Assembly (NCBI GenBank): GCA_964649035.1
Contig: CAZYMT010000002.1
Location: 1 to 56,745 of the forward strand
DNA length: 56,745 nucleotides
Direction of reading: 5' to 3'
Source: an uncultured Rhodobacterales bacterium
Lineage (GTDB): Bacteria; Pseudomonadota; Alphaproteobacteria; Rhodobacterales; Rhodobacteraceae
Shown here: positions 1-10,257 of the stretch, piece after piece
How the letters are laid out: each line of letters starts with the position of its first letter
Numbering within the stretch: position 1 is the first letter of the stretch
Made by a program: the position numbers and the translations under genes
Notes under the pieces: model-generated
Told to the model about the DNA's origin: nothing
Databases searched by the model: none
The model's input: the letters and a program-made list of their open reading frames with translations, nothing else

Positions 1-522
1 TTTGGCGGCTATGAACTGGCCGTATACCTGCATGTTTCCGGTCCAATCATGGCCGTTGTTGCCGGATTATTCATCGGCGAAGTTGGCATGAAACACGGCA
101 TGAGCCAAGAAACCCGCGAATATGTAAACGCATTCTGGGAGCTGATAGACGAAATCTTGAACGCCGTATTATTCTTGCTAATCGGGGTAGAAGTCTTCGC
201 CGTCGCCTTCTCGCTCGACGCGCTAACTGCAGGCATCGGGGCCATTGTCCTATCCCTACTCGCCCGCCTATGTGCAGTATTTGTCCCCGTATTACTGCTG
301 TCACGCTGGCGCAAATTCGGCCGTGACGTTGTGCCAATCATGACATGGGGTGGGCTGAAAGGCGGCATCTCGGTGGCGCTGGCGCTGTCCTTGCCCGATA
401 GCGAATGGAAACCGATCATCCTGAGTAGCACCTATATCGTGGTGCTGTTCAGCATCATCATCCAAGGCCTGACCATTGCCCCGCTAGCCAAAAAACTGAA
501 CCGCGAGCAGGAGTTGTTGTGA
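1..522 (+). CDS. nhaP: CPA1-family Na+/H+ antiporter (NhaP-like), 5'-truncated by window edge
   Basis: Frame open from base 1 (FGGYELAVYLHVSGPIMAVVAG); motifs FWELIDEILNAVLF, WGGLKGGISVALAL, SIIIQGLT. Confidence 0.9.
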   Translation, partial: FGGYELAVYLHVSGPIMAVVAGLFIGEVGMKHGMSQETREYVNAFWELIDEILNAVLFLLIGVEVFAVAFSLDALTAGIGAIVLSLLARLCAVFVPVLLLSRWRKFGRDVVPIMTWGGLKGGISVALALSLPDSEWKPIILSSTYIVVLFSIIIQGLTIAPLAKKLNREQELL

Positions 523-528
523 TACGCG

Positions 529-699
529 TTATTTGCTTTTCCGGCGCTTAACGAGCGCGCCCGCCACAACGCCGAACCCCAAGCCAAGGCCAACCCATGT
601 AGTTCTGTCGCCGATAATGGCCCCGATCACCAAGCCAGCGGCCAGCCCAAGCGTCATCCCGATAGCAACATAGTTTGTTGGTTTCTTTTCCGTAACCAT
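529..699 (-). CDS. Small two-TM glycine-zipper membrane protein
   Basis: ATG at 699 preceded by GGGGA; two Gly-rich hydrophobic segments and basic C-tail KRRKSK. Confidence 0.6.
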   Translation of the reverse strand: MVTEKKPTNYVAIGMTLGLAAGLVIGAIIGDRTTWVGLGLGFGVVAGALVKRRKSK

Positions 700-869
700 A
701 TCAATATCCCCAAAAGAATTGCGCGACGCAAATCCATGTTCCGTTGAAATAGACATAGGATTATATGGTTATATGGCAGCAAGGCTAGATTAATAATGTA
801 GCGAGGCTGGCAGATTGAACACCAACGTCAGGCAGCCTATAAGGGTACATAAAGTAATTCGGAGTTTTC

Positions 870-1601
870 ATGAAATTCGTTTTTCGCGCATTAATTTTCC
901 TGCTACCAACCCTTCTTGCTGTTGGAGTGCACGCTCAAAATCTGCAAACGGGGCTCAACGCTTTGGACGCCGAAAACTACCCACTCGCCTTTTCGCACCT
1001 TACACCGCTCGCAGAAAATGGAGATGCTCGGGCTCAAACATATCTCGGGATCATGTATGGAAATGGACATGGCGTTCCAACTGACTTCGCACAAGCGCTC
1101 CGTCTTTTACGCGCTGCAGCTGCACAAGAAAATGCTATAGCAGAATTGCATCTGGGGTTCATGTATGAAGGCGGCGATGGCGTTCCGAGTAGCATACACA
1201 AAGCCGTTAGCTGGTATCACAAAGCCGCAGAACATGGCGACGAATTCGCGCAATATTTCATGGGATTTGCTTACGAACGCGGTGAGGGAATTTCACAGAA
1301 TTTTCAGCTCGCCCATCACTGGTATCTGATGGCCGCCAAGCAAAACGATTCCGCTTCGCACACTGCTCTTGGGAATTTATATGAATTTGGTGACGGCGTT
1401 CCCGAAAACAATATTCTTGCACTGATGTGGTACATAATTGCAGTCATCCACCTTGATGAATATGACCGTCTGAACGGAGGACAAGAGGAAAAGGTTTCCG
1501 ACATGGAATATATCGAAGCGAAACTAACCGAAGCAGAAATCTCGCTGGCGATGGATTTGGTAGAAATTTGCCTTGCGAACAACTATAAGGAGTGCGGCTA
1601 A
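870..1601 (+). CDS. Secreted Sel1-like repeat (TPR) protein
   Basis: GGAG RBS, signal peptide (AVGVHA), repeated AQTYLGIMYGNGHGV / LGFMYEGGDGV / WYHKAAEHGD units. Confidence 0.9.
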   Translation: MKFVFRALIFLLPTLLAVGVHAQNLQTGLNALDAENYPLAFSHLTPLAENGDARAQTYLGIMYGNGHGVPTDFAQALRLLRAAAAQENAIAELHLGFMYEGGDGVPSSIHKAVSWYHKAAEHGDEFAQYFMGFAYERGEGISQNFQLAHHWYLMAAKQNDSASHTALGNLYEFGDGVPENNILALMWYIIAVIHLDEYDRLNGGQEEKVSDMEYIEAKLTEAEISLAMDLVEICLANNYKECG

Positions 1602-1669
1602 AACAAACTTTCCCGTTCCCCCCGCTGACAATCTGCGTTATGACGCCATCGAACCAATCGAGAGGCCGG

Positions 1670-3368
<1,699 letters not shown>

Positions 3369-3380
3369 AACCATTCCACC

Positions 3381-3420
3381 GAGGGCGCTCAGATATGTGA
3401 TCTGAACGCCCTCATATTTT
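3381..3420 (+). terminator. Intrinsic terminator of fur-eno
   Basis: GAGGGCGCTCAGAT / ATCTGAACGCCCTC stem followed by ATATTTT. Confidence 0.75.
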
Positions 3421-3572
3421 CATGCCTTTTTCCACCATCTTTTTTTATCACGTAATTACTATCTCGCGTGAACGGGGCATCCTTTTCTAGTCTCGTTTAC
3501 GAAGGTACAATCCCACAATAACCGATATTTTTACAAACACCGCTTCAAAAAAATAACTTTGGGAGAAGAGAA

Positions 3573-4313
3573 TTGAACGAAGATTGGGATTTTTATCTGA
3601 ATGAAATCGATGGGCATCCAGCCTCAACATTTTTTAATCTTGCCATCCATTCGACGGCCCCAAACGTAGACCTTCCTAATTTGGGGTATTTACGGATATT
3701 TATGAACACCCCAAATCCGGACGGCCTATCGAGTGACGAAGAATTTGATATGCTCTCCAAACTTGAGGACACCATAGCAGCCGCAGCAACAAAAGATGAG
3801 TTGTCTACTTATGTTGGGCGAAACACCACACGCGGTTATCGGGATTATTTCTTCTATACTGGCGACACAGAAAAGTTCACACAGACCGTCATAGCGGCAG
3901 CCGCAAATTTCGCGGAATACAAGGTTGAAAGCGGCAGCAAATCGGATCCAGACTGGGACATGTATCTCAAATCTCTGTACCCGCCGGCCCCTATTTACCG
4001 CGTGATCATGAACCGTCGCGTCTGCGAGCAACTTAAAAAGCATGGCGATAAGCAGAAACAACCGCGTGACATTGATCATTCAGCAGTGTTTGATGACAAA
4101 GTTTCCGCCAAAGAATTCGCCAAGTACCTAAAAACCCAAGGGTTTACGGTCAATGGAATTAGTCGAGTGTGGTTTCTTAGCAAAGACAGGAATGTCGAAT
4201 TTATGCGTGAAGATGCTCCGGATGAAATCGACTCCGTAACCACACCACTGCTCGAAATTCTTGCTGAATTGGGTGGGGAATACGATGGTTGGGGATGTAG
4301 GGTCGTTACATAA
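3573..4313 (+). CDS. DUF695 domain protein with C-terminal RraB-like (regulator of ribonuclease activity B) domain
   Basis: WDFY...DGLSSDEE...YVGRNT..G.RDYFFY N-domain; RDIDH...GEYDGWG C-domain; TTG start after GGGAG. Confidence 0.75.
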   Translation: MNEDWDFYLNEIDGHPASTFFNLAIHSTAPNVDLPNLGYLRIFMNTPNPDGLSSDEEFDMLSKLEDTIAAAATKDELSTYVGRNTTRGYRDYFFYTGDTEKFTQTVIAAAANFAEYKVESGSKSDPDWDMYLKSLYPPAPIYRVIMNRRVCEQLKKHGDKQKQPRDIDHSAVFDDKVSAKEFAKYLKTQGFTVNGISRVWFLSKDRNVEFMREDAPDEIDSVTTPLLEILAELGGEYDGWGCRVVT

Positions 4314-4350
4314 TATGATCAAACACGCCTTACTGCGAAGGCAGTGTATG

Positions 4351-4581
4351 TTAGCTTGGAAGACGCTTGGCCAAAAACCCGATTTCATCAAGTTGATCCA
4401 CTAAATCCACCGCGCTTTGATTATCTAGGCATTCTACCACTGACGGCTGACCGTTGATGCAACTGTCCATAACCCGCCTCGCCCCCGCGATATTCAATTT
4501 CGACGCAATCCGAATGGCCTTGATTGCAAAATCTTTCGACGCGTCCACCTCCCAATCATATATCAGAACCTTCATTTCCAC
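4351..4581 (-). CDS. Small protein resembling a stand-alone ribosomal L7/L12 C-terminal (ClpS-like fold) domain
   Basis: KDFAIKAIRIASKLNIAGARRVMD...PSVV...AVDLVDQLDEIG parallels L7/L12 KVAVIKAVR..TGLGLKEAK.LVE..P....A..L...LEEAG. Confidence 0.55.
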   Translation of the reverse strand: MEMKVLIYDWEVDASKDFAIKAIRIASKLNIAGARRVMDSCINGQPSVVECLDNQSAVDLVDQLDEIGFLAKRLPS

Positions 4582-4625
4582 AGCCTTTAACTAAAATTTT
4601 ACCTATCTCGCGTATAACCCTCCCT

Positions 4626-4892
4626 ACTGAGCGGAGTGATCGCAAGATCAACGGGTTTGCCGCGCTGACACTAAATACCAGTTCCCGCTGCGTCTACCAA
4701 ACGCAGCACTTATTACCCGCCCTAGTATCGGCCTTACACCCCGATAGCTCAGGCAAGGGCCAGCGCGGTGAAATCCGTCTTAGTCGATCCGTCTTTAACC
4801 CTGATAGATCAAACCACAGGTTTACGGACCTCCCCGAGATTTGGACAAGAAAAGGCGCGGGATTTCCCGAACGTTTCTTTTTTTGTGCCAAA
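4626..4892 (+). ncRNA. Candidate highly structured non-coding RNA of unknown family
   Basis: Nested helices 4626-31/4779-84, 4637-41/4646-50 (GCAA tetraloop), 4651-67/4761-78, 4687-93/4701-07, 4719-31/4741-60, 4788-4803/4817-28; G-U pairs favour + strand; terminator at 3' end; no credible ORF. Confidence 0.7.
4841..4892. terminator. Likely bidirectional intrinsic terminator
   Basis: ACAAGAAAAGGCGCGGGA-TT-TCCCGAACGTTTCTTTTTTTGT: GC hairpin flanked by an A-tract and a U-tract, between the candidate RNA and the convergent 4899-5558 gene. Confidence 0.7.
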
Positions 4893-4898
4893 ATTTCT

Positions 4899-5558
4899 TC
4901 AGGTTTTGCATGCACTGGTCGGCGCATATAATAACGTCGAAGATTTGGTCATGGTGGATTGGACAAATCCCGACTGTTGATAGCTCCAAATATATACGTC
5001 ATCGCCCTTTACCATCACTGCATGAAAATGGGCGTAGGAACTTCCGTGATTTTTAATTGACTGATAGAATGACCCATTGCTCAAACAGTCCCCGCCCATA
5101 CGCTCATATTCCAATTTTATATTTGCAATTGAAACAACCCCTTGGACTGTTATCGGGATGCTACATATGGGGATTACGGCCAGTACGGTTACGGCCAGGC
5201 GTGTTTTCAACTTGACGATTCGCAAGGCGATATAACATCCGATAGTTACCAATATTGCCGTTATAATAAACGCATAGAAATGCACGTCGAATAGCATGAT
5301 AATGGCAACGAACATTACGACTGGTGGCATAATTGCTGCAACTATTACAACAATTATCCAGAATACATGCCCATCAACATTCAAAACTGCGACATACACA
5401 ACCGCGCTAATACTAACCGAAATTTGAAGGAGTGGATTTGCTGAATAGATTTCGTCGAACATTTGGGCGCGGCGCAGGGGGCGAACCAAAATGAAATACC
5501 ACCACAGCACGCCGACTATGATTGGCAGAATTATAAAAATGAGTATTAGCGGGACCAT
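4899..5558 (-). CDS. Hypothetical multi-pass membrane protein
   Basis: GGAGG RBS; about five hydrophobic segments, then a soluble C-terminal region; AT-richer than neighbours. Confidence 0.7.
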   Translation of the reverse strand: MVPLILIFIILPIIVGVLWWYFILVRPLRRAQMFDEIYSANPLLQISVSISAVVYVAVLNVDGHVFWIIVVIVAAIMPPVVMFVAIIMLFDVHFYAFIITAILVTIGCYIALRIVKLKTRLAVTVLAVIPICSIPITVQGVVSIANIKLEYERMGGDCLSNGSFYQSIKNHGSSYAHFHAVMVKGDDVYIWSYQQSGFVQSTMTKSSTLLYAPTSACKT

Positions 5559-5742
5559 GGTTCCTCCGATGTTTGTTCAACGGAATTGGGGTTCGGTTTG
5601 GGGGATGCAAGTGCATCCTCAAAAGCCCCTCAAAATCTGCACAAATTATCAAAACGGGTGGCAGTTTTCTAACCTATCGCGCGGCGTGGTCTGGACCCGC
5701 AGGCAAGCAAACTATATGAACCTCCCAACTTAGGAGAAACCA

Positions 5743-6369
5743 ATGTCCGATATTGATAGCGCCCAGATTTATCTGGCCACACCGCAAACATTCGAATTAC
5801 CAGAATTCAGCGAAGTTCTGGGAACCGTGCTGGATGCTGTGCCCGTCGCATGTCTGCGTATTTCCATGGCCACTACGGACGAGCGCGAGCTGTCGCGCGC
5901 GGCCGATACTTTACGCGAAATCTGTCACGTCCGCGATGTTGCTGTTGTGATCGACGACCATTACCGCATGGTGGCGACGCACGGGCTGGACGGGGTGCAT
6001 CTGACCGACGGGTCGCGCCATGTGCGCGAAGCTCGCGAGGAGTTGGGCCAAGACGCTATCGTCGGTGCATATTGTGGCACAGAAAAGCACCAAGGCATGA
6101 CCGCAGGCGAGATCGGCACTGATTACATAGCCTTTGGTCCAATTGGTGGTTCGGCCCTTGGTGACGGATCTGTGGCGGACGCCGCGCTGTTTCAATGGTG
6201 GAGCGAGATGATCGAAATCCCGGTGATCGCCGAGGGGAATATCACTGACGCGGCGCTGGAAGCCATCAAAGACCACATTGATTTCATCACTTTAAGCGAC
6301 GAAATCTGGGCGGCATCAGAGGGGCCGGTAAGTGCCTTGAAATCTATTGTCGCGAAACTTGCTCAATAG
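5743..6369 (+). CDS. thiE: Thiamine-phosphate synthase (ThiE/TenI) family protein
   Basis: GLDGVHL, AIVGAYCG, DYIAFGP, WWSEMIEIPVIAEG; AGGAG RBS. Confidence 0.85.
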   Translation: MSDIDSAQIYLATPQTFELPEFSEVLGTVLDAVPVACLRISMATTDERELSRAADTLREICHVRDVAVVIDDHYRMVATHGLDGVHLTDGSRHVREAREELGQDAIVGAYCGTEKHQGMTAGEIGTDYIAFGPIGGSALGDGSVADAALFQWWSEMIEIPVIAEGNITDAALEAIKDHIDFITLSDEIWAASEGPVSALKSIVAKLAQ

Positions 6370-7177
6370 TCAGCCCTAAATCCTTCGCCAAGCCAGCACG
6401 CACCACACCTTCGCAATATTTTGCCAAATCCTTACGGGTGGCATAATCGCTGGCCCTGACCGGATCGTGCAAGGTCACACGCACCCGCCCACCGCTGGAC
6501 AGTCCGACGATGCCGACGATGCTTTGCACAAAGGGCATATCGCCCCCCCATCCGTAGAAAATCGGTGACTGGCCTTCGGGCGGAATATAGGTCGCTGTGG
6601 CCGGTTGCACCCATGCATGATCAACCATTTTCGGGGTGTGGAAAACTGCAAACAAGGTGGGTTTAAAATGGTCAACATGGCGGCCATCTGTACTGGTCCC
6701 CTCAGGAAAGAAGCACAATTGATGACCGCGATCCAGTCGCGCCATCAACGCATCTTGATGACGTCGGGCATGGGAGGTTTTGCGTTCGATAAACAGGGTA
6801 TTCGTCGCCCAAGCAATAAATCCGATAATCGGCCATTTGCGCACCTCGGATTTCGCCACAAATGTCAGGCGCGATGACGCATGAAACGTGAAAATATCGA
6901 TCCATGTCACATGGTTGGGCACCACAGCGCCACCGTGTTTCATATGCTTACCGACCACCTCCAACTGTAGCCCGCAAACATACAGGCCAGCCCGCCCCCA
7001 AGCACTGGTAATATAATGCGAGACATTCATCGGTATGACTTTTTCAATCAGGCTGAATATCACATGAAGCGGCACCAGAATTAGGGTCGCACTTAGCCAG
7101 AAAACCGCCCGCCAGACAAACCGCACCCATTGCAAGACTGTGGGCTTTGCGTAAACCGGATCAACAAAACCAACCAT
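6344..7177 (-). CDS. olsA: Lyso-ornithine lipid O-acyltransferase (PlsC family)
   Basis: NHVTWID (HxxxxD), FVAKSEV, FFPEGTS; directly downstream of olsB. Confidence 0.85.
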   Translation of the reverse strand: MVGFVDPVYAKPTVLQWVRFVWRAVFWLSATLILVPLHVIFSLIEKVIPMNVSHYITSAWGRAGLYVCGLQLEVVGKHMKHGGAVVPNHVTWIDIFTFHASSRLTFVAKSEVRKWPIIGFIAWATNTLFIERKTSHARRHQDALMARLDRGHQLCFFPEGTSTDGRHVDHFKPTLFAVFHTPKMVDHAWVQPATATYIPPEGQSPIFYGWGGDMPFVQSIVGIVGLSSGGRVRVTLHDPVRASDYATRKDLAKYCEGVVRAGLAKDLGLTIEQVSRQ

Positions 7178-7954
7178 TTATGTGTGTCTCCGGCTGTAAA
7201 AAGCCCGATATTTCTCAGCCATTTTTTGGGTGTCCATGATTAGGCAAACATCGACGGTGTTGAAATCATGATCAACAAAAGCGCCCTCGCCGACAAACCC
7301 ACCAAGACGCAGATACGCTTTGATCAATGATGGAATTTTTTGCAAGGCGCGACGCTTGTCAATTTGGGAAGCGGGCATTCTATCCATCGGCGTGTAATGC
7401 GCATCCACGGCCCGCACCCGCAGCTCTTCGGGGGCTAGATGGTTGTGGTGTAGAAAGGATAGCGCCTCGGCCAGTGGTTCGGGATCGGCGCTGTGAAAGC
7501 TGGCTACGCCAAACAGAATGCGGATGTCGTGCTGGATGACATAATCGCCAAGCCCGTCCCATAACTGGTGCATCCCCAGCCCACCGCGGTATTCCTTGGC
7601 AATGCAAGAGCGTCCCAATTCAAGGGTCTCGCGCTTCATTCCGGTCAGCTTCGACAGATCGTATTCCGTGGCCCCGTAAAACCCAATACCGCCACGCGCC
7701 ACACTGCCGCGCATCAGACGATAGACGCCAACCACGCGATCTAACGGATCGGCATCCAGTGTTTTGTCGATTAACAGCAAATGTTCGAAATAGGGATCAA
7801 ACTTGTCCATTTCCAGACGTTTGGAGTGTTCTTCTGCTGTTGCAGTCGCCCCCATTTCCTCAACAAAAACGCGGTAACGCAACCGTTGGGCGGCGGCCAC
7901 GTCTTCGTCATTCTGGGCAAGCCGTACCTCAAACTGGAAAGCATCCACATTCAT
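7178..7954 (-). CDS. olsB: Ornithine N-acyltransferase (GNAT-5 family)
   Basis: AQRLRYRVFVEEMG, VVGVYRL, ELGRSC, PSLIKAYLRLGG, DHDFNTVD; start placed at ATG 7954. Confidence 0.88.
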   Translation of the reverse strand: MNVDAFQFEVRLAQNDEDVAAAQRLRYRVFVEEMGATATAEEHSKRLEMDKFDPYFEHLLLIDKTLDADPLDRVVGVYRLMRGSVARGGIGFYGATEYDLSKLTGMKRETLELGRSCIAKEYRGGLGMHQLWDGLGDYVIQHDIRILFGVASFHSADPEPLAEALSFLHHNHLAPEELRVRAVDAHYTPMDRMPASQIDKRRALQKIPSLIKAYLRLGGFVGEGAFVDHDFNTVDVCLIMDTQKMAEKYRAFYSRRHT

Positions 7955-8080
7955 ATGGTTAATTGGGCCTCCGGCCACATAAATCACGCCCGATTCTGGA
8001 CGCCTTAATCTATAAAAATAAGCCATTCGGCGCAACAGGTGGTTTTTCGGTGATCTAAGTATTGGTTGAGTTCAACTTGA

Positions 8081-8096
8081 TTTACTTTACTTTAAC
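8081..8096 (+). promoter_or_regulatory. CtrA-like box upstream of chpT
   Basis: TTTA-ctttact-TTAAC, one mismatch to TTAA-N7-TTAAC. Confidence 0.5.
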
Positions 8097-8147
8097 GGTA
8101 GCAACGGGATAATGTGCGTTATTGCTTTGAAATTATAGGGAAAGTTT

Positions 8148-8720
8148 ATGACTAAACTTGACGCGCTTGTCTCCTCGCGGATTTGCCACGATCTTATCAG
8201 TCCAGTTGGTGCCATCGGTAATGGTGTCGAACTGCTGGAAGAGGTCGCGGCGCAAATGCCCGAAATTTCCCTCATTGCTGAAAGTGTCGAGAATGCCAAA
8301 GCCAAGTTGCAATATTTTCGGGTTTGCTTTGGCAAGTTATCCCCCGGCGCTCAAACGAGTACTCACGAGATGCGCACCTTTGCCAATGCCATGCTTCAAT
8401 CTGGACGCGTAACGCTGAATTGGCAGATAGAAGAAAACGGTTTCCCGCGCGAAACGGTAAAACTCGTTTATCTATTGCTGCTTTGCGTGGAAACTGCACT
8501 GCCGATTGGGGGGACCATTACCGTCACGCAATCTGGCGAAAACTGGAAAATCTATGTGGAGGCGACGCGGCTGCAAAGGGCAGACGCGTGGGATATTTTT
8601 GCGGGGGCCGCGACCCCCGACGATCTCCCCCCGGCACAAGTGCAATTTCCAATCGCCGCAAATCTTGGCCGACCCGTTCGCGCAAATTTCACAGAAACCA
8701 GTTTGACCGTTACGCTATAG
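8148..8720 (+). CDS. chpT: Histidine phosphotransferase ChpT (CckA-ChpT-CtrA phosphorelay)
   Basis: SSRICHDLISPVGAIGNGVELL H-box, FRVCFG, ALPIGG, VQF. Confidence 0.92.
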   Translation: MTKLDALVSSRICHDLISPVGAIGNGVELLEEVAAQMPEISLIAESVENAKAKLQYFRVCFGKLSPGAQTSTHEMRTFANAMLQSGRVTLNWQIEENGFPRETVKLVYLLLLCVETALPIGGTITVTQSGENWKIYVEATRLQRADAWDIFAGAATPDDLPPAQVQFPIAANLGRPVRANFTETSLTVTL

Positions 8721-9234
8721 GGTTCAGCCCGTCGCGAAAACGGCGCATATTGGCCTGATAGCCAAGGGCCGATAGCCGTAATCCCTCGATCGCCGGTTCA
8801 TCCAGTTCGCGGATCACTTTACCGGGTGCGCCGACCACCAATGATCCGTCGGGAATAACTTTACCCTCGGTTATCAACGCCCCTGCCCCGATCAGGCAAT
8901 TTGCGCCAATCTTGGCCCCATTCAGAACCGTGGTGCCCATGCCAATCAGGGTGTTGTCGCCGATTGTGCATCCATGCAGCATCGCCCTATGCCCGATTGT
9001 GCAGCCCGTCCCGATTACCAGCGGAAAACCGATATCGGTGTGCATCACGGTATTTTCCTGAACATTGCTGCCGACACCCACCGTGATCCGCTCATTGTCA
9101 CCGCGTGCTACAACCCCGAACCAGACCGAGGCCCCGTCCGCCAGCACCACATCCCCAACCAGCACCGCAGTTGGGGCAACCCAGCAATCATCGGCGATCT
9201 GTGGTTCAACGCCGTCCAAGGAATATAGGTTCAT
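8710..9234 (-). CDS. Gamma carbonic anhydrase family (YrdA/PaaY-like) hexapeptide-repeat protein
   Basis: SVWFGVVARGD, SNVQEN, TIGHRAMLHGCTIGD. Confidence 0.92.
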   Translation of the reverse strand: MNLYSLDGVEPQIADDCWVAPTAVLVGDVVLADGASVWFGVVARGDNERITVGVGSNVQENTVMHTDIGFPLVIGTGCTIGHRAMLHGCTIGDNTLIGMGTTVLNGAKIGANCLIGAGALITEGKVIPDGSLVVGAPGKVIRELDEPAIEGLRLSALGYQANMRRFRDGLNPIA

Positions 9235-9264
9235 TTTTCACCTCAATGAGTTTTCCCAGCACCC

Positions 9265-9579
9265 CTACATATCATTCGCAAAAGAAATATTGATTTTCTG
9301 GAACGCTTGATCGCGAAGGGGAACCAGCCGTTGATAGGCATCGCCATTAAACATATCCACCAAGGCCTGCTTGGATGGGAAGTCCATAATCAACAGATAG
9401 GTAAAGAACAGGTTGCCCGCATAAAGCTCGTCAAACTGGCTTTGCTTTACAACAACACCGCCAATATTCCGATAAAGCGGCATGACTCCTTGAACATATT
9501 GTTGCAATGCAGCCCGACCGTTGGGATCGGGCAGTGAAACGATAACAAGTGTGGTTTTATCCATAAGATAACCCTCCAA
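9265..9579 (-). CDS. DUF1330 family protein
   Basis: YVQGV...GG...MDFPS...YQRLVPLRDQA pattern; true start may be ATG 9564 after GGAGG. Confidence 0.75.
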   Translation of the reverse strand: MEGYLMDKTTLVIVSLPDPNGRAALQQYVQGVMPLYRNIGGVVVKQSQFDELYAGNLFFTYLLIMDFPSKQALVDMFNGDAYQRLVPLRDQAFQKINISFANDM

Positions 9580-9612
9580 TATTCCAAAAATTAGTCTCGG
9601 TCGGGGCGCGGT

Positions 9613-10254
9613 TCATTTCCGATCCTCGAATTCAATATTTAATGACTGCACAAACGGCACCAATTCGGGGCGACGATCGCGGCGCAAGCGTTCGGCGTCA
9701 AGAATGGCTTGCAGCTTTGCCTCAGCCTCGTCAACATTGTCGTTAATCAGGACGTAATCATATTCCGCCCAATGGCTGATTTCATCGCGTGACTGGGCCA
9801 TGCGCTTGGCAACCACATCTTCGCTATCTTGGCCGCGTTTTGTCAGGCGTTCCTGAAGCGCGGCAATTGATGGGGGCAATATGAATATCGACACAACTGC
9901 GTCTTTCAGGCTGGAATTACGTATCTGTTGACCGCCCTGCCAATCGACATCAAACAATACGTCTTTACCGGCAGCAATCGCCGCCTTCACCGGGGCGGAA
10001 GGCGAACCGTACAGGTTTCCGAAAACCTCGGCATGTTCCAACATGCCGTCATTTTCGACTAGTTCCAGAAATTCTTCACGAGTCTTGAAATAATATTCCC
10101 GCCCATTCTCTTCACCCACTCGCGGGGCGCGGGTGGTGGCGGAAATGGAAAACAGCACATCGGGATCATCTTCCAGCACACGGCGCGACAGGGTGGATTT
10201 GCCCGCACCTGACGGCGAGGACAATATTATAAGCAGGCCGCGGCGGTTGGTCAT
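9613..10254 (-). CDS. gmk: Guanylate kinase
   Basis: [33 protein letters not shown]. Confidence 0.98.
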   Translation of the reverse strand: MTNRRGLLIILSSPSGAGKSTLSRRVLEDDPDVLFSISATTRAPRVGEENGREYYFKTREEFLELVENDGMLEHAEVFGNLYGSPSAPVKAAIAAGKDVLFDVDWQGGQQIRNSSLKDAVVSIFILPPSIAALQERLTKRGQDSEDVVAKRMAQSRDEISHWAEYDYVLINDNVDEAEAKLQAILDAERLRRDRRPELVPFVQSLNIEFEDRK

Positions 10255-10257
10255 TGA

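Noticed and set aside
4755-4785. Cobalamin riboswitch, suggested by a CGG-TGAAAT-CCG T-loop-like hairpin
   Set aside because: No preceding GGGAA, no CCCC..AACTGT and no B12 box; no downstream same-strand gene; the segment pairs better in the long helix with 4651-67
4626-4892. Permuted tmRNA, RNase P RNA or SRP RNA as the identity of the structured element
   Set aside because: No tRNA-like acceptor or tag reading frame, no GAGGAAAGTCC and no SRP GGAAG-AGCAG loop on either strand
4524-5056. Short ORFs overlapping the structured element (4524-4931, 4694-4927, 4768-4980, 4841-5056)
   Set aside because: No RBS or recognisable protein features; they overlap real genes or run through a terminator
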